Positions 49,138 to 60,770 of a stretch of DNA of 64,000 bases are shown here, piece after piece. This stretch comes from Babesia bigemina (taxonomy: Eukaryota). The stretch is taken from the NCBI RefSeq assembly GCF_000981445.1, contig NC_027218.1, positions 2,418,001-2,482,000 on the forward strand, read 5' to 3'. Within the stretch, counting starts at the first letter, position 1. Every line of letters starts with the position of its first letter. The notes beneath the pieces were generated by a model. It did not search any database. It saw only the letters and a program-made list of their open reading frames with translations, and was not told the DNA's origin. Made by a program: the position numbers and the translations under genes.

Positions 49138-50085
49138 TCATTCCGCGCGCGTAAGTTTCAGCAGCTTTCTGCTGCGGTCGATATCGGCCCGAACGGCGTC
49201 GATCTGCTCCTGCAGCTTCGCCCGGTCCCCGTCCAGGCCCTTGCGCTGGATATTTTTCACCAGCGAGACGGGCTTCGCCGGGTCGCCAGATGCGCCGATG
49301 ATCCCTTCGTCCTCGGCCTGCTTGACGATCGTGTACCAGCGGTTCAGCAGATCCACCTCCTCCTGGTACAGGCGCGACAGGTCCGCTTTGAGAGACGCCG
49401 CGGTGTGCGTCTTCCGCTTGCGTTTAGACTCGCTCTCCTGTTTCACCTGGTCGCGGTCGAAGTAGTCGTCCCACTCGTCGAAGTACAGGTTGGTGTCGTA
49501 GTAGTCGGCGGCCGTCGCGTTCTTCACCTTGCTCATGATCTCCTGCTCGTCCTTCGCCGCCCAGCTCTTTGCGATTTTCTTCGGCTTGGGCGCCGGCGTG
49601 GCGTCCTCCTGCGCCGCCGGCGCTTCCTCAGGGCCGCACACCACGTAGGTCCTGCTGGTTGAGCCGCGCTCGCCGATGCGGATTTGGTCGCCGACCTTCA
49701 GCAGGTAGTACCTGCACGGCTCGATGCGCACGTGGTTGAGGGTGGTTCCGTGCGTCGAGCCCAGGTCGTACAGCAGCAGACGCCCGTACCTGTTGAGCTG
49801 CAGCACCAGGTGGCGCCTAGACACCAGCGGGTTCTTGTAGACAAGCTGGCACTCGTCCATGGACCCCAGGACGCAATGCGCGCTGCGGCCCAGCTCGACA
49901 TTCTCCAGCAGGGTGCCGCGGGATATCACGTCCACGGACAGCGCGTGCGCGTCCTTGCCCAGCACCTCCTGAGGGTCGAATGACGCCCACGGCGGCGGCA
50001 CGTAGTCGGCCAGGCCCCTGCCTTCCTCCGAGCCGCGTCTGGACGCGGTCGGCAGCGCAAGCTCAAGTTGCGACCACTTATGCAT
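49138..50085 (-). CDS. FHA-domain protein (kanadaptin-like)
   Basis: YVPPPWA; VSRRH; YDLGSTHGTTLN; GDQIRIG..STSRTYVVCGP; coiled-coil C-terminus. Confidence 0.8.
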   Translation of the reverse strand: MHKWSQLELALPTASRRGSEEGRGLADYVPPPWASFDPQEVLGKDAHALSVDVISRGTLLENVELGRSAHCVLGSMDECQLVYKNPLVSRRHLVLQLNRYGRLLLYDLGSTHGTTLNHVRIEPCRYYLLKVGDQIRIGERGSTSRTYVVCGPEEAPAAQEDATPAPKPKKIAKSWAAKDEQEIMSKVKNATAADYYDTNLYFDEWDDYFDRDQVKQESESKRKRKTHTAASLKADLSRLYQEEVDLLNRWYTIVKQAEDEGIIGASGDPAKPVSLVKNIQRKGLDGDRAKLQEQIDAVRADIDRSRKLLKLTRAE

Positions 50086-50186
50086 TTCACAAAATCCACA
50101 TTAGTATACAGTTCAGACGCGGTTGCCCTCAGGCAACTACAGCGCGGCCGCGCGCTGGCTGGACACACCTTGGGGGCGACTCCGAC

Positions 50187-51629
50187 TCAGCTCGCGGCCA
50201 GCTTACGGATCTTCGCCTTCAGCTCCTCGATTTGCTTCAGCAGGTACTGGTTGTCGAACCTGAGCTTTTCCAGGTCCTTCACCACGCTCTGGGAGTGACG
50301 CTCCAGACGGTTGCGCTCGCCGCGCAGCGTGTCAACCTCCTCCTCCATGGCGTTGCGCTCCTTCGTGATCTCGGACACCTGGTCGGCCAGCTGCGCGTTG
50401 CGGTTTATCAGCTCGGTGTACAGCGTCTCGTTGTAGCTTTCCTTCTGCTTGCCCCTCGGGGCAGCCGCCGCATCGTCCGACGATAGCTGCTGCTGGAACA
50501 CCTTGATGGTGTTCTCGATTTCGGACTCCAGGAAGCTCTTCTCGTGCTTGCACCTGCTCAGCTCGCGGCGGGTGCGCGCGGCCTCCTCGAGCATTATCGA
50601 CAGGTCGTCGTTGGCCTTCTGCAACGCGAGCACGACGTCCAGGCGCTTACCGCCCTCCGTGGGGTCCTGCAGCTTGCCGTCGCGCAGCACCTCCAGCGAG
50701 TTCGCCTCCAGGGTGTTCAGGATCAGCAGGCGGCTGTGGAACGCCCGCAGCATGAGCGCCACCATGTCGCGCTGCTGCTTGCTGAACGCGCGCAGCGTCA
50801 GCTCGTGCTTCTCGCTGATGCGCAGAAACAGCTTCAGGGGGTCCTCAGTGCACAGACGCAGCCGAGGGAACGAGCTCGAGTACTTGCACTTGAGAATGCC
50901 GTCGCCCTTTATGTCGTCGTCCGGCTGCAGCTGCACCTCCTCGGCCATGATGTACATGGCGTACTTCACGCTGCTGCCGTCGGTCTTGACGGCGTGCTCG
51001 GGGGTTTTTAGCACGTCGCACAGGCACTTCACGCTGCTGGCGTCGCGCTCCAAAAACAGGTCGTGCCGGGCAGTCGAGTTGATCAGGGCGTCCTGTATGG
51101 CCCTGCGCGACGCCACGTCGACGTCGAACGGCCCGATCTCGCCGATGGCGGTGCCCATGCCGCCGCTGTGCGTGCAGCGGATCACCAGGCTGGTCCCGAT
51201 GTCGTCGGCGGTCAGCGCGTACCGCGGCCCGTCGGTGTGCTCGATGTCCACCTCGTAGCTGGCATGCCGCCTCTTCCACTTGAAGCTGCAGTCCAGCTCG
51301 TTCACGCCGGACACGGTGGCGATGACCACGCCGATCTCGTGCGGGTGGAACTTCAGGTTGAAGCCGAAGTCGAACTCACCTGATATGGTGACGGTCGTAC
51401 GCTTGTTGGCGCAGCTGCCGGGCGCGGAAAACAGCGAGCACTGCACCTGGTTCAGCCCCTTGCAGAACGGCTGCTGCAGGTTGTCCAGGTCAATACCAAT
51501 TTCCCGGGACGCCTGGCTGGCGTGGCGTTTAAGCTGCACGCCGACCTCGCCGATCGCCGCCCGGAACTGACCGGTGAGCCTGCGGAACACGGCGCCGCCG
51601 GCATCTATTTTAGATTTCCACGACTCCAT
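50187..51629 (-). CDS. Hypothetical protein with beta-rich N-terminal part and C-terminal coiled coil
   Basis: 480-aa ORF with strong GC3 codon bias and a heptad-rich C-terminus. Confidence 0.75.
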   Translation of the reverse strand: MESWKSKIDAGGAVFRRLTGQFRAAIGEVGVQLKRHASQASREIGIDLDNLQQPFCKGLNQVQCSLFSAPGSCANKRTTVTISGEFDFGFNLKFHPHEIGVVIATVSGVNELDCSFKWKRRHASYEVDIEHTDGPRYALTADDIGTSLVIRCTHSGGMGTAIGEIGPFDVDVASRRAIQDALINSTARHDLFLERDASSVKCLCDVLKTPEHAVKTDGSSVKYAMYIMAEEVQLQPDDDIKGDGILKCKYSSSFPRLRLCTEDPLKLFLRISEKHELTLRAFSKQQRDMVALMLRAFHSRLLILNTLEANSLEVLRDGKLQDPTEGGKRLDVVLALQKANDDLSIMLEEAARTRRELSRCKHEKSFLESEIENTIKVFQQQLSSDDAAAAPRGKQKESYNETLYTELINRNAQLADQVSEITKERNAMEEEVDTLRGERNRLERHSQSVVKDLEKLRFDNQYLLKQIEELKAKIRKLAAS

Positions 51630-51867
51630 CTCGCATGATCGGATGTCTTACGTGCGATGGGACGCAGGCGGCGTTACATACTGCCGAAGCATACACATTC
51701 GCACTTGATACACATACGTGTACGGGAGCGCGAAGATCCCGGTTCGCTGTAGCACACTCACAGCCGCGAACGTTGAGTGAATCACGCGCGGGACAACAGA
51801 CGCAACTGCTCTGTAGAGTATATTAGGCACGATGTGTAAGTGGCGCTCGCGGCGTGGACGCCCGTGT

Positions 51868-54800
51868 CTAGTTGTGCGGTGGCTTCGGAGTTAGGTTACG
51901 CAGCCTATCCGCGAGGCTGACGCTGAATTTAGCCAAGCCGGCCCTGTGCAGCGCCGATGTGTGTTTGTCCGACGGGCTGGAGTCGCCGCGTGGACCCTCA
52001 TTCTCGGCCGGCTCCTGGGAAAGGCTGAAATCGATATCAACCTCCCGGCCCGCTTTGTCGCCGCTGCCAGGGGCGCCTGACGGCGAGGCTTTCTCGCCGT
52101 GGTTGGCAGCGGACGGTGTAGTTTTGGCGGGCGTGGTTGGCTTGCTCTTTGCCTCGTCCGCCTTGGCGGCGGCGGTGTTCCGCCTCGACCGGCTGCCGGC
52201 TGTGTCCTGGGACGCTGCCGTGCCGCCGCGGCGTGCGGAGCGCGACTGGCTGCGGGTCGTAGTCTCCTCGTATTCCTCGTCTTCGTCCTCTTGCTCGTAG
52301 CCGCTCTCCTCGTCATCCTCACCGTAGTAGTCCTCTTCCTCACTTGACTCGTAGTACTGCAACTTCTTCGCGCCGCCTCTTTGGGGCGTGCTGCGGCTTT
52401 TGGCCGTGGCGGGCGACGGGCTGGACGTAGACGAGGCTTTTAGGCCCTTGGGAGTTGTGCCGCCGGCCCTTTGGGGGGTACGGGCGCCCCGCTTGGGCGT
52501 GTTGGTGGCGCTCGCAGGCGTTTTGGCGCCACCCTTGGGGGTGGTGTGCGCGGATTGTGGCGCGTTTAGCGATTTGGTTCGGTTGGCCTCACGTTGCTGC
52601 TTCTTGCGCCTCGCGTCGGCCATCAGGCGCTCGATGTCCGTGGCGGCCAGGGCGTCTTGCGAGAACTCCATCTGGCTCAGGGAGAAGCCGTCGTCAGATT
52701 CGGCCGTCATCGACGCGTTGTCGGACTCATCTAGGTCAGTGTGTTGCGCGTACTGTCGGTGGTTGGGGTTGAACGACTCGGTGCCGGCGTTGATTTCGGG
52801 CATCGCCGCCTTCATCGGGTTGGGCGGCAGCTCCGCAGGCCTATCGGTTGCGACCGGCGTGGCGCAGGCTAGTTGGCCCGTTTGTGGCGTGTTATCTGCA
52901 GCCTTGTTTGCGTTTGAAAAGGCCGTTGCGATGGAAATCTGCCTTCGGGTGGTCTTCGCAGGCTTCGCCGGTTTGGGTGTCGCTTCCACCATGTCGACAT
53001 CGTCGTCCGTATACGTGTCGGAAACGAGCGTCACGTCGTCATAGTAGTCGCTGTAGTCGTCGGAATCGGCCTTGGTTTTGCTTCGTTTGTTGGCGCGGTT
53101 CGACGCGGAGGCTGGCGTGCGCGCTGCAGGGCTCTCGGCCACCTTTGGAGTCGCGCCACTCTTTTGGTTGCCCGTGGACTTCAACTTCCGTTTCCCGAGT
53201 TGAAGCAGCGCCGCCCTGGAGGGGGTGGGTGCCGCGGTTTCCTGTTGACGGTACGTCGCCCTCATGGCCGTCTCGAGGCGGTCCAGGTCCTCCAGCCACA
53301 TGTCGGTGACGGTGGTGACCATGAGCTGCCGCAGCTGCTCTTCCTTCTGCGCGTGCTCCTCGTTCAGTTTCTGGACCTGCTCTAAAGTGAGCGACCACAG
53401 CGGCATGTTGAGCAGGTAGTTGTAGTCGGCCGCCTGGGCGTCCAGGGTTGAGGTCCTCCTGGACTGGCCGGCGGGAGTGGCGGGCTCGGTGGGTAGCACA
53501 GGCGGGGTCACCTCGCTGCCTGCGGTGGACTTGACAAGTTCGGAGTGAGGGTCGAACTTCAGTTCCTTCAATTCGGCAATCAGGACGGCCTTCTTCTTTT
53601 TGAACAGAATGAGCTCCTGGTTGATCACCATGTGTATGAACCTGACCTGGTTGCTGATCCGTTTCAGCGTCAGTTGGAGGTTGTTGATCATGTACAGGCG
53701 CCTCTTTTCGTACGTCTCCAGCCTCACTGCGGCGAAATCCCGGACGATTTCCAGCTCGTTGCTGTAACGCTTGAGCTTCTTCTGGCCGTCGAAGAGGGTC
53801 ATGTTGGAGGTGGCGATGCTGGTGCGGAGCTTGAAGACCTTCTCCACGCCCTCGTTCAAAATCTCCTCCATGGCGTCGGCGTTCACGTTGACAGTGAAAT
53901 GCACGCTTTCGTGGGTGGAGTTGTCCACGAACCCCAGGATCAACGGGTCTCTTCTGCCCACGCCCTGCTCCAGGCTTTCCAAAAACACCTTGTAGTCGTG
54001 GGTCCAACGACGGATCGGCAGCTCGGTGATCTCAAGCAGGCCCTCTTCACCCAGCCATTGGTACGTTCCGATGCAGTCGAAACCGCCTTTGTCGTTCGGT
54101 TCTATCCTGCCCGTGAACTTGCGATACCACGGGACCATGGGCTTCATGTCCCGGTTGCTCAGGTACAGACGGAGGTTGCTGATGATGTCGTACGGGTTGT
54201 AGTTGGGGATCTGGCTGCTGAAACCGGTGCCTATGCCCTCGCTGCCGTTGACCAGCACCATGGGGATAGTGGGGATGTAGTAGAACGGCTCGATGATCTG
54301 GCCCTCCTCGTTTTGGTACTGCAGCACGTTGTCGTCCTCCTCCACGAAGATCAGCCTCGTGATGGGCATCAGCTTGGTGAAGATGTAACGCGCCGCAGAG
54401 GCGTCCTTGCCGCCCTCCTTGCGGCTGCCGAATTGGCCACACGGCTCCAGCACGTTTATGTTGTTGGACCCAACGAAATCCTGCGCCATGTTGATGATGG
54501 TCTGCTGCAGCGACGCTTCGCCGTGGTGGTACGCGGAGTGCTCGGCCACATAGCCCGTCAGCTGCGCCACCTTGCACTCGGAGATCAGGTTCCGTTTGAG
54601 GCACCCGAACAGCACCTTGCGCTGGCCGGGTTTCCACCCGTCGACCACGGAGGGGATGCTGCGCTCCGTGTCGTAGATGGAGAATTGGATGAGCTCCTTG
54701 TTGATGAAGTCGGAGTACTTCAGGTTCTTGATGGTGTGGTCCACGGTGGTGCCGTGCTCGTAGCTCTGCATCCACGCCTTCCGGTCGTCGACCCTTTTCT

Positions 54801-56700
54801 TGTTGAACGCCATGTCGATGCTGTCGTCGTCCGCCTCGTCCTCGTACACGAAGTCGATCAGGTGCTGCCGGATGTTCGTGAAGTACTCCTTGAACTCCTT
54901 GTCGGTCGACGTCCCGAGACCTTTGTAGTACTTGATGCGCCACCCGGACACGTTGGTGCTGTTCACCCAGTGCACATAATCCTGCATCGTGAAGAACGAT
55001 ACCACGGCGTCACCTTTCGTGGCCTTTATCAGCGGAGTGACGAACTCCCTGATGAAGCCCCGGTACTGGATCATCTTCGGCCAGAAGTAGTGCAGCAGGT
55101 TTATGAGCAGGCCCTTGATGTGCGAGCCGTCGTAGTCCTGATCGGTCATGATCATGATTGACCCGTACCTGAGTCCTTCTGGGGTCGTCTGGTCCTTTTT
55201 GGAGATGTCCAGGCCCATGATTTTTAGGATGTTTTGTATCTCTGCATTTTGCACAAGTTGTTTGTAACTAGCGTCCCTGACGTTCAACAGTTTTCCTTTC
55301 AGCGGGAACACGCCGTAGTTGTCTCGACCCACGACCGACAATCCGGCGAGGCATGACGTTTTGGCGGAGTCACCCTCAGTGAGGATGAGGGTGCAGTCCC
55401 GTGCGCTGCGGGTGCCAGCCCGGTTGGCATCCTCCAGCTTCGGGATGCCGGTGAGCCTGTTGACGGCCTTGGTAACTTTCATTTTCTTTTTTAGCTCGAT
55501 GTTCAGCCGGTGCTGCGCGAACGAGACGATGCGCTCCAGCAGCGTGCTCTTGAGGATCTGGGCCACCGCCTTCGGGTTCATGGTGTACCTGCTGCCGAAC
55601 CTCGTTGGCTTCGTGGTGAGCGTCTCCTTGGTCTGCGAGTCGAAGGTCGGGTTCACGATTTGGCAGTTCACGAACAGGAAGATGTAGTTTTTGATTTGGT
55701 ACGGTTTCAGCTCCACGCCATCCTTGTTCTTCGACTTCACCTTGTTGGTGATCGCTGCCACGAGTGGGTCCAGGACGTGTTGCACGTGCGTACCGCCCTT
55801 CAAAGTGGTGATGTTGTTGACGAACGAGACCTGTTGGAACCCGCTCCCGTCGGTGGCGGACACCATCACCTCCCACCGGTAAGCCTTGTCGTACACCTTC
55901 ATTAGCTGGGCCTCCTCGTCGAAATACAGCGATACGTAGTGCTTGAAGTCGCTGATTGGCAGCCTCTCGTCGTTCCAGAAGACCTTGAGGCCGGTCGTGC
56001 CCGCGACGTCATACACCCTTTTCAGGAGCACTTTGAGCGTGCCGTCGTCCATGGCGGTGATGCCAAAACGCTCATAATCGGGCACGAAGGTGACTTTGAC
56101 GAAGTCTTTACCGTGGTACGGTACAACTTTGGCCGGGGATTTTATCTTTTTCATATTCTCCTCCCACTTCATTCCGAACTGCTTGTGCCTGCGGCTATCG
56201 CCGCATGTGACTTCGAAGGTCTTCGAGAAAATGTTGGTCAGCTTGGCGCCGAAACCGTTACGCCCGCCGGTGATACGGCCTTCCGAGTCGTCATAGTTGT
56301 CAGACGTAAGCAGCTCGCCGAAGATCATCTCCGGCACGTACATGTTGTGCTCCTTGTGTATCTGCACCGGGATGGGCTCGCCGTCGTTGGCCACGGTGAC
56401 TGCTCCCGTCTCCTTGTTGAAGTTGACCTTTATGAAGGTCATACGGTGCAACGACGGGTCCGACTGCTGTCGGGCGTGCACGTCAGCCGCATTGACGAGG
56501 ATTTCGTCGAATATCTTGTACAGACCGGGGATGAAGGAGACAGGCTCGTAGACCATGCGTTTGGTCTCGGGATTGTACACCCACATCTGCTGCGTCTGCA
56601 GCTCTGTGTTGCCGATGTAAGTGTCCGGCCTGAGCAAAATGTGCTCCAGTTGCGATTTCTTCTGGTAGCGCTGCTCGATCGTCTTCTGCTGCGGCGCCAT
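51868..56700 (-). CDS. TOP2: DNA topoisomerase II
   Basis: EHILLRPDTYIG, GGRNGFGAK, TEGDSAK, PLKGK, DQDYDGSHI, ASAARYI, and a low-complexity C-terminal domain. Confidence 0.99.
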   Translation of the reverse strand: MAPQQKTIEQRYQKKSQLEHILLRPDTYIGNTELQTQQMWVYNPETKRMVYEPVSFIPGLYKIFDEILVNAADVHARQQSDPSLHRMTFIKVNFNKETGAVTVANDGEPIPVQIHKEHNMYVPEMIFGELLTSDNYDDSEGRITGGRNGFGAKLTNIFSKTFEVTCGDSRRHKQFGMKWEENMKKIKSPAKVVPYHGKDFVKVTFVPDYERFGITAMDDGTLKVLLKRVYDVAGTTGLKVFWNDERLPISDFKHYVSLYFDEEAQLMKVYDKAYRWEVMVSATDGSGFQQVSFVNNITTLKGGTHVQHVLDPLVAAITNKVKSKNKDGVELKPYQIKNYIFLFVNCQIVNPTFDSQTKETLTTKPTRFGSRYTMNPKAVAQILKSTLLERIVSFAQHRLNIELKKKMKVTKAVNRLTGIPKLEDANRAGTRSARDCTLILTEGDSAKTSCLAGLSVVGRDNYGVFPLKGKLLNVRDASYKQLVQNAEIQNILKIMGLDISKKDQTTPEGLRYGSIMIMTDQDYDGSHIKGLLINLLHYFWPKMIQYRGFIREFVTPLIKATKGDAVVSFFTMQDYVHWVNSTNVSGWRIKYYKGLGTSTDKEFKEYFTNIRQHLIDFVYEDEADDDSIDMAFNKKRVDDRKAWMQSYEHGTTVDHTIKNLKYSDFINKELIQFSIYDTERSIPSVVDGWKPGQRKVLFGCLKRNLISECKVAQLTGYVAEHSAYHHGEASLQQTIINMAQDFVGSNNINVLEPCGQFGSRKEGGKDASAARYIFTKLMPITRLIFVEEDDNVLQYQNEEGQIIEPFYYIPTIPMVLVNGSEGIGTGFSSQIPNYNPYDIISNLRLYLSNRDMKPMVPWYRKFTGRIEPNDKGGFDCIGTYQWLGEEGLLEITELPIRRWTHDYKVFLESLEQGVGRRDPLILGFVDNSTHESVHFTVNVNADAMEEILNEGVEKVFKLRTSIATSNMTLFDGQKKLKRYSNELEIVRDFAAVRLETYEKRRLYMINNLQLTLKRISNQVRFIHMVINQELILFKKKKAVLIAELKELKFDPHSELVKSTAGSEVTPPVLPTEPATPAGQSRRTSTLDAQAADYNYLLNMPLWSLTLEQVQKLNEEHAQKEEQLRQLMVTTVTDMWLEDLDRLETAMRATYRQQETAAPTPSRAALLQLGKRKLKSTGNQKSGATPKVAESPAARTPASASNRANKRSKTKADSDDYSDYYDDVTLVSDTYTDDDVDMVEATPKPAKPAKTTRRQISIATAFSNANKAADNTPQTGQLACATPVATDRPAELPPNPMKAAMPEINAGTESFNPNHRQYAQHTDLDESDNASMTAESDDGFSLSQMEFSQDALAATDIERLMADARRKKQQREANRTKSLNAPQSAHTTPKGGAKTPASATNTPKRGARTPQRAGGTTPKGLKASSTSSPSPATAKSRSTPQRGGAKKLQYYESSEEEDYYGEDDEESGYEQEDEDEEYEETTTRSQSRSARRGGTAASQDTAGSRSRRNTAAAKADEAKSKPTTPAKTTPSAANHGEKASPSGAPGSGDKAGREVDIDFSLSQEPAENEGPRGDSSPSDKHTSALHRAGLAKFSVSLADRLRNLTPKPPHN

Positions 56701-57119
56701 CTTAATCCGGAGGCTTCGTGTCTTTTTTAATGGCGGTCGTAGGCAACCACTTCGCCTAAAGGTTCAGTCAGAACCCTGTGCGATAGCAGCACGGTCTTCT
56801 GCCCTCAAAAAGAAAACGGCGTCATGTGCACATAGAGGCGACAGGGTGTAACGTCGGTATCCGCGGCGACGTAATCAATACGGCTTCCACCGTATGATAC
56901 GAGTCGGGTCGGTACTTAAATGTTTTCGGCGGAACGGATTTTCCCGCCTTCTCAGGCAGTTTTGTTCCTCTCGCCCAGTGTGTAGACGCAGCAGCCGTTC
57001 ACTCCCTGTTGGTCATGCCGCGCTGCTCAGAGGAATTTGCCTGCAGCAGCTCCAGTCAAATATTTACGTCTGTCGGTGATTGTTAGTGCTTGCCAGTCGG
57101 CTGGTTGAGCCTGCAGCGC

Positions 57120-59688
57120 TCAGCCGGCAACTAGCCGCCTGAACCTGGAGAAGCTGTCAAGCTTAGGCTGTTGCGGGCTTATGTCGACTGCGTGCGCTTT
57201 GGCAAACCTAGCTTGTGGCTCTTGGAGCTCACCTTTCGCCGTTTTTGTCTCCGAGTTTGCCACGTTGTGGCAGCGTTCCAGGAGGTTGGCGATGAACTGC
57301 GTCCGGTCGCCCTGCAGATAGTGGTCAGCTCGGCAGCCAACTGTGCGTATTCCGCGGTCCTCCATTAGCCTCATCTGTGCGAAGACGTCGTTGCGCAGCA
57401 TCTGGCGCCTGCCGGAGTAGAAGTCGTTCATTAGCACTTGCACGGCCACCTTGGTCGACCCGGGCAACTCAATCACGATAGGCACTATCATGTCACCAGC
57501 ATCGTAGTTCCTGTGTAAACGAGTCTTCTCGTCGAATTTCGCGAGGAATTCCGCGAGGCTGTTGGCGATATCTTCCGTGCACTGCTCGAGGGTCATCAGC
57601 TGGATGTCCACCTTCAGCTTGTTGGACGTGAACCGTACATTCCGCAGTGCCACGTGGTCCACAGGCGAGAACAGCCTCGGGTACAGTCTGTATTTTGTAC
57701 TCTCGCCGTGCAGCTCAGCTATGCCGGCTGCCCTGAGCAGTGCGATTTTGTTTGTAGTCAATTCGTCGGTAGGCAGTTCTGCCTTGCCAACCTCGATCTG
57801 CCTTGTCATAGTGTCCACTAATTCCGCGGAAATTTGCGCCAGGCGGTTCACCTTCAGGATTGCCAGCGCCGTCAGCACATGAAGTGCATCTTTGGCGTTG
57901 TCCACTTGTAGGCAGGCGGCCAGAATGGGCTGGATGTGCTCGATGTACCCTAGTCCGGTCAGGTGGTACGCCAAGGAGGCGGCTTGCGTTGGTTGCAGGC
58001 AGTCGGCGCGGCATGTCACAGAGTTTACCTTCTTTAAAAGCGAATTGCTTTTGGCGCCGAGTCGTGCCGCTAGCCGGCACATCGCATCCACCTCCCTCAG
58101 TTTTAGCGTCCCGGTGATGTTTTTCGTTATAGCCACCATTAGTTCCTGTGCTTCTGTGCTGGTGGCTACGTCGCTTCTTCTGCCGAGAATGTGTATGAGA
58201 TCCCACAGGTCAGTCTTGGAGTACCGCTCCCAGCTGTTGAGCTCGTTCATCTTGTTGACCTTGTAGGTTAATCGTCGACAGACGAGCACGCCCCGATGGT
58301 CTCCCGGGTCCATAAGCTTCAAGAACCCGAGGCATTCGGCGAATGACATTACCCTGGTTCGGTAGGTCAGCTCGTCGGTGATCTCCTCTTGCAGCATGGG
58401 CGCCTGGTTGCGGATTTCGTTGTTCACCACCCAGACTGCGCCATCACCGTCCAACGGTGACTCTAGGCCCGCTAGGCGCTGGGCATTTTGCAACGCCTGC
58501 AGGAGCGATACCAGCTCCCTGGCTTCGAACTCGAGGACGTGCTCGCGGATCCGGATATGCGCCTTGTTCATATTGGCCATAGAGGCATACAGCTGCCTCG
58601 TGACGCCGTCGGAGTTGGAGTATATCAGGTTCAGCGCCGACTTGTAGTAGTACATGATGTCGGTGGGTCGCATCTGGATCATGAGGTCGGCGCATCTGCC
58701 CAGCAGCGACAGCGTCGTCTCCGTTATCAACGTTGCTTCAGGCGACTGCTCCTTCTCCGGTTCATTTGCGGTATCGTGTCCTTGTGACACTGTATCACTG
58801 CCTCCTACTGCTTTGTCATCTTGATACGTGCTATCATCAGCTGCTGAACGATGTGGTCCCACCTCCTCCACCGGTGGAGGCGCCGGCGAATCCGATGCGG
58901 TTGCAAAGCCCTTTAACCTCGAGTAGGAGTGCAGCAGAAGAGTCAGCGTGTGACAATTTGCGATGTACTTTATCTTTGACGATATGGCCAGCGACGCCTT
59001 GACGAATATGGAGTTGGCATCTCGGACCCTGAGCTCCAACAAAGCGTTAAGTAGAAGGGCAAGATCCTGGGATTTATGTCACGGTGCAATAGCGATGAGC
59101 CTAACCTTCTCCGACGTTTTCGCGGTTATTCGCGACTCGATGTTGCTGTTGAAGCCGTTTATCATCTCGTCCGCCTGCATGCCAACCTTGGCAAGGCCGT
59201 TGTACAGCACGGCGAAATCCCGGATGTCGTATTTGTCGACATTGTCCCGCATCGCCTGCCAACGGTTAGCTGGTAAGATGAGTATACTGCCTCACCTCCA
59301 GCAACAAGCTGATAAAGCTTGAGTCACGCTTTCCGGATTTGGCGAAGGCGGCGAAGATGAGCGAGATGTCGGTGGGCGAGAACCGGTCGACGGATTCGCC
59401 ATCCTTCTCAGCGGCTTCATTCTTGACCCTCTTGCACACCTCTTGGACGTACGTTGTCCAGACTGCCCTCATGCGTATGTGCCTCCTGGCCGAATCCTGT
59501 ATCTGCTTGCGCAGGTCCAGACAGGAGAGCTTCGCGAGTCGTTTCTGAGCAAATATGTGACGCCACGGCTACACATCGTCGCTAGAACAATAGATACGGG
59601 TAGAAGATGTGCTAGGAAAACCTACCACGTTCGGCGCCGCAAGCACCTTGCTCCTGCCCTGGAACAGCGAACGACCGAGGGCCCTCAT
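57120..59688 (-). CDS. RAP-domain / helical-repeat RNA-binding protein (probably mitochondrial); multi-exon
   Basis: Helical repeats (FSPTDISLIFAAFAK; LALLLNAL) and a C-terminal RAP-like segment VAVQV..DFY....RLMEDRGIRTV. Confidence 0.65.
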
Positions 59689-60123
59689 GGAGCGCACATC
59701 CGTGTCTACATTTCACATGTTATCTGCGATGCTATAGTGAATACTGTAGTCTAATTACGAGCAAACATGTTGCTCAATAACGACGCTCAGCTGACTTTGG
59801 TGTCCTAGGTGATGGGGTGGAACAGGTGTCACCCGCTTAGTGTGCCGTACTCAACACAGTTTTGGCGAGGGTTCGCGGGGGACTATCCTTGCGGAAGGGG
59901 CAATATCGTTGCAAGTGACGCCTAGCGGATGCGCGATAATTGCTAGTTGAAAACTACTCCAATTCCCGTCTATCATTTCGAAAGATATGTTAGCAATTTT
60001 TGCAGCCCCCCGGGGCTAACAATCAAACACCCTTTGCCTCACATAGCACACGTAGCTGCTCCCGCGTTGATTGCCGTGCCCCCGCGCACAAGGCGAGCCG
60101 TACACACCGCAGTGGCATACACT

Positions 60124-60550
60124 ATGGTGAATTGGGAGCTGGGTACCGATGGTCGCTCCGAGGAGCCGGGCGACCGTACGCGGCTCCTTCAGCAATCGGA
60201 GATGCTGGGCGAGTCCCTGGGCAACATCGGCGACTCTCGCAGGTGGGAGGTGTAGGCGGATCCATCATGGGCTTCAGGGTCCTCGAGGAGACGAACGAAA
60301 TCGGCACCACCGTTATGAGCAAGCTCCTATCGCAGCGGGAAACGATCATCCGTTCGACTCACTACGTAGGTGGACTTGCATAGTCGGCAGACGCCGCGCA
60401 GGCAGAGGAAACCGCGAACCGCCAGCGCGAAACCCGCAGCCTTCTGCGCTCGGAGAGCTGGTCGGATTTCTACACCAAGGCGGCAATGTACGTGACGATT
60501 GTGTGTCTCATCATCGCCATCATATTTGCTATAATATACCGCATTACTAA
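60124..60550 (+). CDS. VTI1-like Qb-SNARE; multi-exon
   Basis: RTRLLQQSEML..SRR/VLEETNEIGTTVMSKLLSQRETI, and C-terminal TM MYVTIVCLIIAIIFAIIY. Confidence 0.75.
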
Positions 60551-60770
60551 GTAGACTCACTCGCACTATCTTAAATTCTAATAGCACATATTTTTAGACA
60601 CCAACTCTGTGGCCAGGCTTGAGGTGTGTCGCGAGATACGTTAGACGCGTTTGGGCTGGGCTCCGCGGAGAGCAATTACTTTGTCCTTCCGCGCCGCGGA
60701 GGTTGTCTAACGCTATCGTTGCGAAGTGCTGTCTATATTAGACTTTCGGGAGTAGTAAGGAGGGTCCAAA